The translations under genes and the position numbers were made by a program. A stretch of 60,966 bases of DNA, the filler included, from Sphacelaria rigidula (taxonomy: Eukaryota), in NCBI GenBank assembly GCA_964200075.2. It is 7 parts of 7 records of this genome, joined end to end, with 100 filler letters (N's around TTAATTAATTAA, not from the genome) between each part and the next. Parts side by side here need not be neighbours in the genome. Positions count along the whole stretch, not along the records: positions 34,897 to 43,520 come from CAXNAA020010571.1; positions 43,621 to 52,243 come from CAXNAA020010572.1; 5 more parts are not named here. One strand, given 5' to 3'. The notes beneath the pieces are model-generated. The model saw only the letters and a list, made by a program, of their open reading frames with translations, had not been told where the DNA came from and did no database searches. Of the stretch, positions 38,401 to 51,026 are shown one piece after another. Every line of letters begins with the position of its first letter. Within the stretch, counting starts at the first letter, position 1.

Positions 38401-39267
38401 GGCACAACGTCCATCCATGGGATGAAATATTGTAGTGGAACGTGAAATTCAACCAGAGTCCCTCCAGTGAGAAATCGGCGGAATCTAGCGCCAATAATAT
38501 GCGACCTTCGCAGTGAATCATGTAATGAAGAATGCTTGTGATTGGCTCGCAGGGTCGAGTCACATCTGTAGTGTACGCCGAGATGGATAAAACAGCAGAC
38601 AAGCAGACAGCAAGTGGGACATCGCCGCTGCAGTAGGTCATTGCGACGCTCGTGTATCAATAAATCACCATCTTGGTACTCGTAAGGCTGGTTGTTTCTT
38701 CTCGTGGCCGCGAGCGCTGGTGCCGATGCCAACGGCAGCAGCCGTCATGCTGACGGGTGCAAGCTGTACCCTGGCGGTGCAGTATATCCGCACTACTGTG
38801 CTGTGCGTTGCTCCTTTCATTGCAGCATGGGGTCTGGCCCAGCCGGTCGAGCGGTGTATGCTGGTGCTGGTTGTGTGCCTTTACCCAGCCATGTTCGGTA
38901 TCGCGCGAGTGATGGGTCCAGGTCACATGAAGTTTTCAAAAGTCAAGTGTGTAGACAGCACTGCGTTCCGACTGAAAATAAAGATTACAGAGAGACGAAC
39001 ACAACATCTCAGCGGACACCAAACCGTCTTCGCAAGTTCTAAACACACCACAGAACAGTGATAGCTGCAGCACATGAGAGCGAACGTGAGTGTGTTTATG
39101 CTGCAGCACAGTGAAACAGGACATGTTTCATGTTTTAATTCTTCGGTTGATTTTAAACGGGCCCTCAGTCTGTGCAGGGTGCCGATTTTGGACGCTCGGA
39201 CATGAACGCGCTTCGCGCAAATAATTTAATTTACTACACAATTATCCCCATGTATGGGTGCTGTGCC
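38401..39267 (+). mobile_element. ~0.9-kb non-autonomous TIR element, copy 2 (full length)
   Basis: Terminal inverted repeats GGCACAACGTCCATCCATGGGA ... TCCCCATGTATGGGTGCTGTGCC. Confidence 0.88.
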
Positions 39268-39273
39268 TGAGTG

Positions 39274-40193
39274 GGCACAACGCCCATACATGGGGAGAGA
39301 TTTTTATAGTGAAACGTGAAAATCAACCAATCAGAGGCCCTTCAGCGAAGAATCGGCGGAATCTAGGGCTAGTGAAATGCGACCTTCGTGGTGAATTATG
39401 TAGTAATACATGCCTGTGATTAGATCGCAGGCTCGAGTCACACCTGTAGTGTACGCCGGGACGGATGGAACAGCAGCAGCGAAACGAAGCTGCAAGCAGA
39501 CAAGCAGGCAGCGAGTGGTACATTACCTTACAGTGGGTCATTGCGATGCTCGTGTATCGGTGTAACCCAATTTTGGTACGGGGTATGGCTGGTTGTGTTT
39601 TCCGTGACGGTGAGCGCTGGCGCCGATGCCAGCGGCAGCAGCCGCCATGCTGACGGGTGCAAGCAGTACCCTGGCGGTGCAGTATATTCCCACTGCGCTG
39701 TGCGTTGCTCCTTTTATCGGAGCACGGGATCTGGCCGACGCCGGTTGAGCGGTGTATACCGGCGGTGATTGTCTTTACCGAGCCATGTTCGGCATCGCGC
39801 AAGAGATGGGTCCGGGTCAGATGAACTTTTCAACAGACAGTCGAGTGTGTATACCGCACTGCGTCCCGACTGATGCCATATTTTACAGAGAGATTAACAC
39901 AACCATACAGCACCTGAAGCATTCTCAGCGGAGACCAAACCGTGTTCGCAAGGTTCAAACACACCATAGAACAGTGAAAGCTACAGCACATTTGAGACCG
40001 GACGTGAGTGTGTTTGTTCTGCAGTGCAGTGGAACAAGAGATATTCCATGTTTTTGTTTGAGTTTTGCAGTTGATTTTGAGCGGAGTCCTCAGTGTTTGC
40101 CGGGTGCCGGTCTTGAACGCTCGACCATAATGACGCCTGGCGCTAATAATTGAATTCATTGAAAAAATCATCCCCATGTATGGGTGGTGTGCC
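39274..40193 (+). mobile_element. ~0.9-kb non-autonomous TIR element, copy 3 (full length)
   Basis: GGCACAACGCCCATACATGGGGA ... TCCCCATGTATGGGTGGTGTGCC. It starts 6 bp after copy 2. Confidence 0.88.
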
Positions 40194-42147
40194 AGGTGAG
40201 CAGAATTTCAATAAAATAAAAGTGTACACTTTTCAAGAGTTATTATCGGGACAGGCTCGATCGACCGAAAATACCGAAGAGGGAGAAACTGGGCTGAAAC
40301 GTCGCAGGACCCCGATGACCGGTCAGCCCGTAAGTCACTCAACATTGACTACGGATTACTAATTTTTTTGGAATGTTGAGTAGATACAAATATCTCCAGA
40401 TCCCCAATGTGATGAGCGGTGGCAAGCGAGATGTGCCCGAAAAAATCGCCAATACGAAAAAATGACAACATACCTCGAAATGACTAGGTGAAACGCCCAT
40501 TACTGTAGATGAAGAATATTTTTCAGTACTGGGTATATTAGTGGCACAGCCAGCCAGTATATTTGATATTCGTGGAGTCGGGTGCCAAAATATGATACGC
40601 TGCACACCCTGGACAAACGATTATTTTGTCAAAAAGTGTACCGCGTACAGTATGGAATCTTTTGTCTATTGCAATAGGCGCAAAAGTCGATACTGTACGC
40701 AGGACACTTTTTTACCGTGTATTCTGTTGTCCAGGGTATGATATTCTGCCAGTACTTCGATACGCGGCGCACGGCTGGTTGGGGGGAGGGGGGCAGCTGG
40801 AGGCGCTCGTATATGCAATTTGGCTAAACTGTAGCACAGAAAAAAATGTCGGTTTCAACCCACACTTTCCAACCCAACTTTCGGCTGGTGGCAATGGATT
40901 TCTATCCGGTGCCTCCGGAGAGGATGAAACAAGTGTTGAACGTGCGTGATCTCTTTACCGCTACTGAGGATGCATGGTATGGAAGCACTTACTCAACCCT
41001 TTCGAAACCCTCCCCTCCCGTCCCCGGGCCAGACTTGTCATCATTTCAAGTTCCTTACCACAACCAGGAAAATTATATAGAAACAGGAAAGACCGACGGT
41101 AAACATTTTTAGTGTGAAAAAGCAAAGCAGACTTGCGAAGCATACGTCATGGATGTACCGAAAATGAAACCCCGAAGTGGTCGGGTTGGGTTTGTCCAAT
41201 GACATCACGCGACGGGCGAGGTGTGTCCAATTGTATGCATCGACAAAACTCTCGCGTAACAGTACAAACACCCAAATATTTGAATTTGTCAGAGGGCATC
41301 TGTGAAATACCGTTTTGGTGGCCTGCATTATCAAGAGTTCGCAAGCGTAGGAAGCCACACTATGCGACGGCAAAGATATAGCGAGTAAGAGGAAATCCTA
41401 TCGCTACATATGCAAGTGCTGAAGAGCTACCCATACGCATTTCACGTTCAGCTGGAGGTGGCTGAGAAGTACGGCCAGGATGATGCCAGGCGTTTCCCTG
41501 AAATAGGGGCCAAGGGGTTGCCCCGGCGCACACCGCCCCCCCCTCTCGCTTAACGCTCCGTCTCGAAAGGGATGCGTGGTCAATGGTCAAATGACTAAGG
41601 CAAGCAACAGATGAGTACGCCCCCCTCTCGCTTACCTGAACGTGAGCACAGTAACCGCAGCAAGAGAAAATTCCACAAGGCACACGGGATTATGTGGCAG
41701 ACATCAGGCGGACATGACTGCCAGCGTCCAAACAGGCGACGTCCTGCAAACGGTCGAGAACGAATCGGGACAGCCTTTCACAACCAGCCTAACCCAACTG
41801 TACCTACAGTCTAGCACAACTGAAGAACGATATTGCGGCGATCCATGCAAGAAAACAGGAGATGTGCATTATCACGGCATGAAGCCCCAACGCCGCCCAC
41901 GACGACATACGGTCCGAACGCGATACTCCTAGCGGAAGCCGGAGTAACACGCCTTACGCAGCACAATGTGGGACTATGCAATGTCCAGGCATGATCAACC
42001 CGCATTACAGAGGCGGTGTCGTGGAAATGTACGGCAAAAAGCGCAGCATGAGATACGCGGTAAAACCACAGCCCACGAAGTCACAGCCTGTATCGGATGA
42101 TATGCCAAAGTAACGGCCCCCGCCTACACGCTGCACCAGTAGTATGT

Positions 42148-42201
42148 ATAACGGCGGGGTACATGACATCCTCGATAACGGCGGGGTACATGACATCCTC
42201 G
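42148..42201 (+). repeat. 27-bp tandem duplication
   Basis: ATAACGGCGGGGTACATGACATCCTCG occurs twice. Confidence 0.9.
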
Positions 42202-43371
42202 TCGCCGTTATGAAATGATCGAAGCGCAGTGTGGTGCCGTATAAATGCGGACGACGGAGTACAGTCCCGTGCATGATGTGAGTTCACACTTGAAATGAGC
42301 TGAAAATGTCAACTCACGAAAAAAAAACTGTGTCCCGAACGACAGCGTTCTAGCATATGCCCTATTCTTCCTCCGTACCAGATTTTTAAGTCTAAGACCC
42401 ACTTTTATGGCAGGCTCGGATCTCAATTTTTTCAAAATCGGGGAACGCACTTCATGGATACAGATTGAGACCAAATCGGGGGCGAAATAATCGGGGCAGA
42501 TCATTCCGAAATCGTAACTCCCGCCGATTTTTTTTAGGTAACGTACGTGAGTTGACGTGCAGTGATGGAGTACGAGGCGTTTGATATTTTTGCAACGGCA
42601 GCGGAGGACAGTCTCGTGACAGCACAGGGCTTGACCAGCGGATAATAAGTCCTGATGCCGTACCTTGCGGCGATGGTTGTACCTTATGCTGCGCTGCGCT
42701 GCCATATGTAGTACTGTCACGACCGCTACCGTACCCTCCTAGCTGTTGTCGCTGTACTTGAGGGTTGACGTACGGCACTGCACTAGTAAACTCTGCTCGC
42801 GCCCTGTTCGTTGTCTGTTCTCGCAATACCGGCTGTGCCATTATGTAATCTCACATGGCATTATCATGTGCTGTCCTGATGTAGTGTCCTGCACTGTATT
42901 ACCCTAGGGTATCAAGATACGATACTGCACTCGGAGGATTCTTTCCCGCCTGCCTGCTCTTCGGCTTCATGCACGAGTACGCAGTACCACACTCATGCAA
43001 AAACTGTGTACAAAACCGTTTCACAAATCTGTGATATTGTACTGTCTGTACCATAAAACGGCCACCCGGATTTTGAGTTCACGAGTTCGAGTCCCCGATA
43101 GGCTCGGAATACCCAGCAGTTTCTACAGGCGATACTATGGCGTACTCGGTACCTTCGAGGGATCGAAAGGTTCCGTACTTGAGGAACTACCGTGAAGGTG
43201 CAAGTCAGCGCGCAGCGTGCGTACATTTTTTCAACAATCGATATGCTTTTTTTCGCACCCCTGTGTGATATCTTACACGTGCGATATCTGGATGAAACCA
43301 CAGTGGTCGTACTGGTACACCCTGTGCACTGCTGCAGTAGCATCAGCTTGCCTTTCATATAGCGAAGCACA

Positions 43372-43520
43372 CGGTCGCCCCGGTGGCTCATTTGGTGACC
43401 TCGTAACCTTCTGATGGTTGAGTTGTGGGGTTCGATTTTTTCTTATACCATGCTCAACAGTGGAGAGCGACAATGTTGTGGGTACAAAAATTCGACTTGA
43501 CGGTCGACGAGGGAAAGGGA
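43372..43520 (+). mobile_element. tRNA-derived SINE, family A copy 2 (cut by the contig end)
   Basis: CGGTCGCCCCGGTGGCTCATTTGG...GGTTCGATT...CAACAGTGGAGAGCGAC...ACGGTCGACGAG. Confidence 0.75.
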
Positions 43521-43620
43521 NNNNNNNNNNNNNNNNNNNNNNNNNNNNNNNNNNNNNNNNNNNNTTAATTAATTAANNNNNNNNNNNNNNNNNNNNNNNN
43601 NNNNNNNNNNNNNNNNNNNN
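43521..43620. other. Artificial contig spacer
   Basis: Same 100-bp linker. Confidence 0.98.
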
Positions 43621-43690
43621 GAGATAAGGGGCTCCTAACAATTCTAACCTCAGAAATTATTTCTGTACCCCTACCGTAGCATCACTCCCC
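43621..43690 (+). repeat. Interspersed repeat, family B
   Basis: Near-identical to 8731-8800. Confidence 0.85.
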
Positions 43691-44413
43691 GCGTTTCCTT
43701 GCCGGATGCTTGCGATTGTATGCATGTCTCGAATGCGACAAGGGAGCGCACGGAAAAAATTAGTCGAAGGCGATGCGATTGCCGGAGTATTTCAATCGCA
43801 ACGGCCGTCGTGGAACCGTGTTGGACATCTACAATGCAGGGGCAAGCGCGGCTGCCCCGATACATGAACTACAGCCATGGTGTACTGCTTAAACCGCTGC
43901 TCAACACATTTGCCCACCTCGGCGATAGAACAAAGAAGAACACCAGTAAGCAAGCAAGTTTGGCCTCATGCTTCCAACAATCCTACGAATGGTTGACTAG
44001 ACATTGACATGTGTATGCACGGAGGGCATTTTCGCGGTAGCGGGATGTCGCGGGTTGTGTGGGAGAAGATGGACACGGGGACACTGGGGAACGTTGTAAC
44101 GAACGAATATGACCTGAAAACGAATAAACACCTCGCATGCACATTACTTGGGTTCAAGTTCGGCACGTCTAGCGGCATGCCAGTACTTTCGTAGAGCAAG
44201 GAAATTGTCGTTCACAGCAACAGCGCGATAAAGAAAAGCAGCAGCGACAACGCTCTTTTCGGATAGTTTGGGAGGAAAAAGCAACATTCGTCTTTGCAGC
44301 GGGCATCCCCTTGTGAACCTACACGACTTCAGCAAGATCTTACCCTAAGCATGAAATGGGTACGCAAAGCTTCGACGTGATGGTGATGAACGGTGAGGGG
44401 GGTAGGGCTTCAC

Positions 44414-47400
44414 CTTCGGTGTTGTAGCTTGTGGCTCTGCTCCAGGTGTAGCAATATGTGATTGAGGGTGATGATCATGTCATCTTCCGTCTAAACGTCA
44501 GGGCCAGACAGTGTTATCGACAAACAACGTGAGGGGCCGCACAACGAAAATCGGGCAAGGGGGCACATGAAAGATGTTACAGCAGGAATATATGGGCACA
44601 GTGCACAACAATGGTGCATACTTTTACTCAAGCAGGGAAAATCGAGTGACTAACGTATCAACCACAGTGGCGTCCCCGTGAGCAAAACATAGTGGAGAAA
44701 GAAGAATTCACTTCTGCATTCACAGCGCCTTTCTAGGGAGGGATACGAAGCAAGGAGTGACAATTTTAATCGTGTGGCCCGCTTCATCTATGACTCCAAC
44801 ACTGGCATGAACGCATGAAAAGATCGGATATCTGATCCCTTCACTTGGGGGTGTGAACGGAGTCGTGCACCAAACGTCAATCCCTCATCGCCTCACCTGT
44901 ATGAAAACATCGTAGTCCTCAACGCGAGACTTCATAAAGATGCGATGCTGCGGCCGACGGTATCATAACACAAAGGGATAGAGATACGTATCGGTGGGCG
45001 GGGTGACAAGGTCTAACTAAGGTGAGCGCTGAATCGAAATCCGGGTACATACAGGTGAAGATGTCACTTCAGTTGGTTTGAGCGCCCCGCGACGATGATC
45101 CTGTAACGTGTAAGGCTGTGGTGCGGCTGTCACTGTGTATACACCAAAGTACTCCCCGATCCTTGCAGTTTCGCCCAGACGTCTTGCACTAGCCACCTGT
45201 GGCGTTGTCACTTGCACGGGATTTCTAGCGTCCCTTCGCTTGGCGAGCACTCTTGACCAAACGGAACCGCAATGTTCTCACGTTGGCGTCATGTCCCCGG
45301 TTGTCAGAATCTAAAACTAGTGACCATGGGTGAACTTGATGCTTGATTCGTCGCATGAGACGGACAATGTTTCACTGAGTCGTCGTGTGACACGTTCAAC
45401 TTCATGTAAAGGAAACGGATCCAGAAAACTTACACTGGAACATATTTTATACTGCACATTCCACTCTGGATTCACAGAGACGTGTGATGAATTAGGAGGG
45501 TTCACCTTGTAATGCGTGAGAGGACCGCGTGCTTAGAGGACCGCATCGGAATTTGAGCATCCCCATGGTTAGGGTTAGGGTTAGGGTTAGTGTTGGGGTT
45601 ATGGTCAGGGGCGTGGTACCTGCAGGGACTGGCCCGACTGGTTTTCAAAAACATCAATCCTGAGGTGTTCTGAACTACGGTGCGGTCCTCTAAGCACGCG
45701 GTCCTCTCACGCATTACACACCTGCATGTGCCGACGAGGTAAGCTGCAAGGCTAATACATATGACAAAGCACCCAGTTACATGCCTCAAATGTCGTGTCG
45801 ACTGTAGTAACCTGCGGTAAACCACTGTGCCATTTACCTGGATTCATATTACGCAGCGAATTGCAAACCACAAAAGATATCCACGTTGGCATATCCTGCA
45901 AAATGGTTTACACGCGTACACAGTATATATTATCTATATCTATCTATATCTATCTATATCTATATATCGATTGTTCTCGTATGAACAGTTATGCCTCAGA
46001 TATTAACAAGAGCCATCATATGACTCCGCACCAACGTGTGCTGCTCCGCTTGACAATTTCGTCAAGTTCTCACGAGCGCGCACATGAACAACTTAGTCGA
46101 TCCGTCATTTTTCATGTGCACACGATAGTGACATTACGAATAAGACACAGATAGGCAGCGAACGCGGCGTACGAGAAGCTGTGGGCTCTTGAGGCTATGC
46201 TAGCCAGCTCGTCGCCGAACAGACCCTTTAGGATAAGCCAATTTAGTGCGTTGTAATGCGTGAGAGGACCGCGTGCTTAGAGGACCGCGCCGTAGTTCAA
46301 ACCACCTCAGGATCGACGTTTTTCGGAACCAATCGGGTCAGTCCTCGGAACCAATCGGGTCAGTCACCACGCCCCTGACCTCAAGTCCAACACTAACCCT
46401 AAGCCTAACCCTAACAATAGGAATGTTCGAATTCCGATGCGGTCCTCTAAGCACGCGGCCCTTTCAAGCATTACAGCGTACTCCTGCAACGTGCACAGGG
46501 TCGGGGGGGGGGGGGTGAGTCGTTTCCATGTGGTGAATACCATCCGCACTTGACGGGCGAAGGGGATGATCGACTAATGCTTGAACGAAGCGACGGAGGG
46601 TATCAAAACTGTGCGCGGCGGGTGGGTGTCAACATTCCGACCGTTGTAAACCGATTTTGATCGCAGTTGGTTATTGATTATCAACTAACTACACGATGAA
46701 TTGAACGATAATATATCTTGAGGCGAAATTCAACCAGCAAAGCCGAGTATAACGACACATGCCATCCGACACAGTAGACGGCGATACAGTATTCAAGGTC
46801 TGACGGCGAAGGGGGAAAATGCTTACCTTGATGCTCAGCAAGCTTGTGATTTCCGGAGAGTGCTCCTCATTCGAGTATGACACGTAGTTGCCTGTCCGTT
46901 CGCAGAAAAGACGATCTCGAATGAGATCGTCGACCTCGGTAGAATTCCATGCGGTGACCAAGTGCACATGCGGCAAAAACCCGACCTGCGTGTTCGTCGT
47001 ATCGAGTTTCATTGCCTCGCAAATGAGTTTGCGCTCAGAACACCTGAGGACAATCACGCTCCGATGTAGAGCACCAGAAACGCAGTGTGCACGCAATGCC
47101 ACGTGGCTCACTCCTGACGGAGTGGACGATTTCATGTTTATTATCCAACGATGCATCTACTAGCCGACCTACATGTTCCCATGAGTGATCTGACGTCGGA
47201 GGGCAGTGCTTGGAGTCACTTTTTGCACAGAGAAACCATTCCGGTGCGTTGCTGCAATCAACGTTTTTGAAAACACAAACGGTATCGGCAAAACATGCGC
47301 ATTCACATCGCTTGATAATGCTCACACCACTCACACACAAGCTCCCAACGGGTGTTCAACATCGTGTCTCATACCCTTGAGCTTTTTGTGATGCATACTG

Positions 47401-50400
47401 CGATGCGTGAGAGGACCGCGTGCTTAGATGACCGCATCAGACTTTGAACATCCCAATGGTTAGGGTTAGGGTTAGGGCTAGTGTTAGGGTTAGGGTCAGG
47501 GGCGTGGTACTTGCAGGGACTGGTCCGATTGGTTTTCAAAAACGTCGATCCTGAGGTGTTTTGAACTACGGCGCGGTCCTCTAAGCACGCGGTCCTCTCA
47601 CGCATTACACATACAATCGAGCATCCGTCCCTCCCAACGGTAGGATCGCTATTCTCATCGAACCAGCCAGACGACAGGCATAAACTGCTCACCAAGCTTC
47701 CTCGGCATATTTTCTTGGTCCACGCCGAGGACCAGACTACAAACACGTGCTTAGTACTTGGAAAGACTGCAGAGTCGGAGAAACTAGTTCGTTTCACGTT
47801 TGCTCTCCCTGAATCCCAGAGGCCAAGCATTTCATGTCTTGCATCATGAGTGGGCTCTTTCGAGCTCTTCTCCGCACACACCTCGCAAGCCTCTCTCATC
47901 TCATCCACCATCATGAGCATGCAGTCCAGCTTATCCACGGGGGTGGTACTGCCTAAAAGAGCAGTATTTCGGTCAAACGATGTGACCACGAAGAGTATCC
48001 GTCCCCTCGACCCACCCTCCGTACGTTCATGTTCGTCGTCGCCCTGATTTTTCGTCAAAAAGTGAATTGGTTATGTGTTGTTCACCGAATGGAGGTACGA
48101 ACGTAATCCAGGAAGTCGAAACGTACGCCAAAAATGCTCTTGTGAAAATCCGAGAGGAAAAGAACGCTGCAAAAACCTGGTATCGTGCACGCCCTCCTTG
48201 CTTGACATTCGCCGGCCGGCTCACAGGAACTGGTTGTCGAATCCGGCGCAGAAGTACAGGGCACCACAATACCCGCCCTCTTCCACCCTTCCACGTACAA
48301 CGATGGTTGATTGGGATAGAACTTCCTGCCCTACCCAGGTACAATTGCGTAATTCTACTCTTGTTCCTGCTCGTCCACACACGGAAAATACACTATTACC
48401 TGCGTGCCCCCGGGCGGAGACCACTTGTCGATCAACTCTCGCCGCCGTCCCGCCTCGATTGCAGGCACGTACGTCGCACCCCACAACATCACACCATCCT
48501 CCAATCGCTGGATTCTGTCTCTGTAGCTGGTATTACCCCCCTCCAGCGCTAACGGCCGCACAGGTGCTTCTTGATCTATCATTTTGCGCTTCCCACCGTT
48601 GCCGTTTTTGCCTTTTCCATGTTGATCTATCGCAGCGAACAAGACGCTGCTGCCCACAAACCGTCGACCCTCTAGAGAATCCTGGTCTTGCTCCGACGTT
48701 CCCTTGCCCTTCTTATGTTGGCTATTTTGGTTCGGTTTCACTCCTGTCGTCGTGGACTCATGAGGTCGACGAGGTTTGGACATGGCGGCGGCAGCAGCGA
48801 CGGCGGCAGCTGCAGCAGCCTCAGCGGCAACACCTTCATCACCATAATGTCGCCACAGTTCTTGCGCTTTCTTCACCAGCCATTTTTGCCTTTCGCGCTG
48901 TATCTGGCCGTAGTGTGGTGAGTGTGTGCCTGCCTCGATCATGATCTCACCCCTCTCTTCGTTTTGTCCTTGCTCCACGTGATGCAGCATGTACGGCAAA
49001 ATAGCGGGAAAAGAAACAAACACCGAAGGTCACACATGGCGCATGGTGGGCCGACGGCAGACACAAGCACGAACGAAGATCCGTACACCTCTTCGACAAG
49101 AATTTCAGGAGATTGCGCGCATGGACCAGCGAAGTGCCGTGGTTGTATGCATCTAACATACTGGGGCTTTCCCCGATTGTGAGTGACGGGCGAGGGACAA
49201 GTAGGCGCATATTTATATATATATGCATATATAAACTAATATGTGCGTGTATCGTGCAGCTGCCTCGCATTAAGGCCATCCATCATCCGTTACTACACTA
49301 CCGTCGTAGCAAACATGGGAGATGCATTTGCATCAGCGCCACAATCTGCAGTTCGCGAGAACAAAGTCGGGAACGAGCCATGCCACGGCAGGAGTTGCAC
49401 ATTTGGATCAGATATTTCTCATTGAGAGGTTCCTGACGCTAGGAGCTATACTAGGATAATATGGGTCAGGGTATGTTCGTTCCAAAATTCATCCGAGATA
49501 TCCCCAGTCCATCGAAACGGTAATAGTGGTGTGCTTTTGCACATTTCATAAGTCGTGTTTAGGATGAGAGAGAGACTCCAAGCAGTTCAACCCTGGGAAA
49601 TAGATGTGCACCACTACCATGGGATAACTCAATTTTGAAAACTCCCCACGCGAAGTCTTTCGATCGGCACTGTGAAAGTTTCGACGCAAGGGGCAGCACC
49701 AGAATATTCCTCCTAGTTTCCACCACTGTGGCCTCTTCCCAAGCTGAGGGGTACCTACCAGATGCCCTCATAGCATCTACGTTCGGCCGTGACTTGCAAT
49801 TTTTCCACGTTTGCATGCAAACTTGCGATCATAATGTACCGCGACTGGCGCTCAGCCCGTATATATATCGTGACTTCAAGCGCCCAAGATCCCCCGTCGC
49901 CAAACCCCCCCGTTACGGTCAATGGTCAAACGACTAAGGCAAGCAACAAGCAAGCCCCCCCCCCCCCCCCCAAGCGCACTCGCTTTGGTGACTTAATCTA
50001 TATGGTGGCGCAGTATGTGACTGTGACTTCCCGACTCACTCTCATTTGGCAGCTTCAGCTCCGGGTTGACGGTAATGTACTCGCTTCGAGCTTGACTCCT
50101 ACGCTCTTCTTCACGATTGTGTGGAACATCAGGGGTACCGACGTCATCACCAATGTCGCCATGGCCAGGCTCATGTTGCGCCGGGGTAGTGATATTTCCC
50201 TCCGCTTTGTTGCTTTCACCATCCCCCTTGCCACCCTCCTCAGCAATTCCTCCCTTCACCGCAGTATGTCCGCCCCTATGTTGTTTGGGAATCGTGGCAT
50301 CTGCACCGGAGTCCACGACGACACCACTCCAGATCACTGGAGGTGTAGGGTCGGCGGTTTCAACACCGGACTCGAACTTGGCACGGAGCGCGCTCGACAC

Positions 50401-50571
50401 CGGGCCTTCAATGCTGATGCACAAAGAAACAAGGTACAGCATCGAGATGACCAGCAAGGCTACCGCGGCTAATTTGGAAAATACCCTCCCGCCGTTGCTT
50501 CGGTTGCCGTGCCTGTCGTACTTTGACTCCTGCGCATTATCATCGATACTGCGCGAAGTCCTTGGCAGCAT
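44414..50571 (-). CDS. Type II membrane, glycosyltransferase-like protein, partial. Exons ~50571-50040, ~48970-48400, 48043-47882, 46985-46827, 44947-44897, 44490-44414
   Basis: N-terminal single TM segment (KLAAVALLVISMLYLVSLCISI) and a long low-complexity stem. Phase-compatible exons then give RILFVVTSFDR..DKLDCMLMMVDEMREACE|VGFLPHVHLVTAW..LSIK|HRIFMKSRVEDYDVFIQ|TEDDMIITLNHI. YDVFIQ.EDD is a GT-A-fold DxD-like motif. The exon 1-2 junction and the 3' exons are uncertain. Confidence 0.7.
45508..45718 (-). mobile_element. Telomere-repeat-bearing MITE copy 1 (211 bp, TSD CACCT)
   Basis: 37-bp TIR TGTAATGCGTGAGAGGACCGCGTGCTTAGAGGACCGC at both ends, internal TTAGGG tract, CACCT on both flanks. 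Confidence 0.95.
46252..46475 (+). mobile_element. Telomere-repeat-bearing MITE copy 2 (224 bp, TSD GCGT)
   Basis: Same TIRs, degenerate CCCTAA tract, internal duplication of TCGGAACCAATCGGGTCAGTC, GCGT flanks. Confidence 0.93.
47399..47609 (-). mobile_element. Telomere-repeat-bearing MITE copy 3 (211 bp, TSD CATAC)
   Basis: Same TIRs (left one slightly mutated), TTAGGG tract, CATAC flanks. Confidence 0.95.
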
Positions 50572-50744
50572 CGTGCCTTATACTTTTGTTGTTACCTCCC
50601 CTGCTCCGCTCCCGATCACCGACTTCTTGGAGCTGTTTCACGCAAAGTGGCGAGCAGGGTAAGGGTACGTTAAGGCGTACTCATACTTCCCATGACCTGC
50701 CCGTCAAAGTGGTGAGCAAGCGACCTAGGAAGAGCAGGGACCAT

Positions 50745-50971
50745 TGTAATGCGTGAGAGGACCGCGGGCTTAGAGGACCGCATCGGAATTTGAACTTCCC
50801 TAGGGTTAGGGTTAGGGTTAGGGTTAGTGTTAGTGTTAGGGTCAGGGGTGTGGTACCTGCAGGGACTGGCCCGATTGGTTTTGAAAAACGTCGATCCTGA
50901 GGTGTTTTGAACTACGGCGCGGTTCTCTAAGCACGCGGTCCTCTAAGTACGCGGTCCTCTCACGCATTACA
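50745..50971 (-). mobile_element. Telomere-repeat-bearing MITE copy 4 (227 bp, TSD CCAT)
   Basis: Same TIRs with one extra 16-bp unit at the right end, (GGGTTA)3GGG at 50803-50823, CCAT flanks. Confidence 0.95.
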
Positions 50972-51026
50972 CCATGTTCCCGGAGTGTACACTGTCGTCG
51001 GGGAAACAGGCGGTACGTCAGACAGC

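Noticed and set aside
45502-45825. Recurring small ORFs beginning MRERTACLEDR with PNPNPN repeats (also 47369-47610, 50974 and 51869)
   Set aside because: These are translations of the non-coding MITE and its CCCTAA tract, and the frames are not conserved among copies.
48075-48944. 289-aa plus-strand ORF
   Set aside because: It is the antisense shadow of a GC-rich coding exon on the minus strand.
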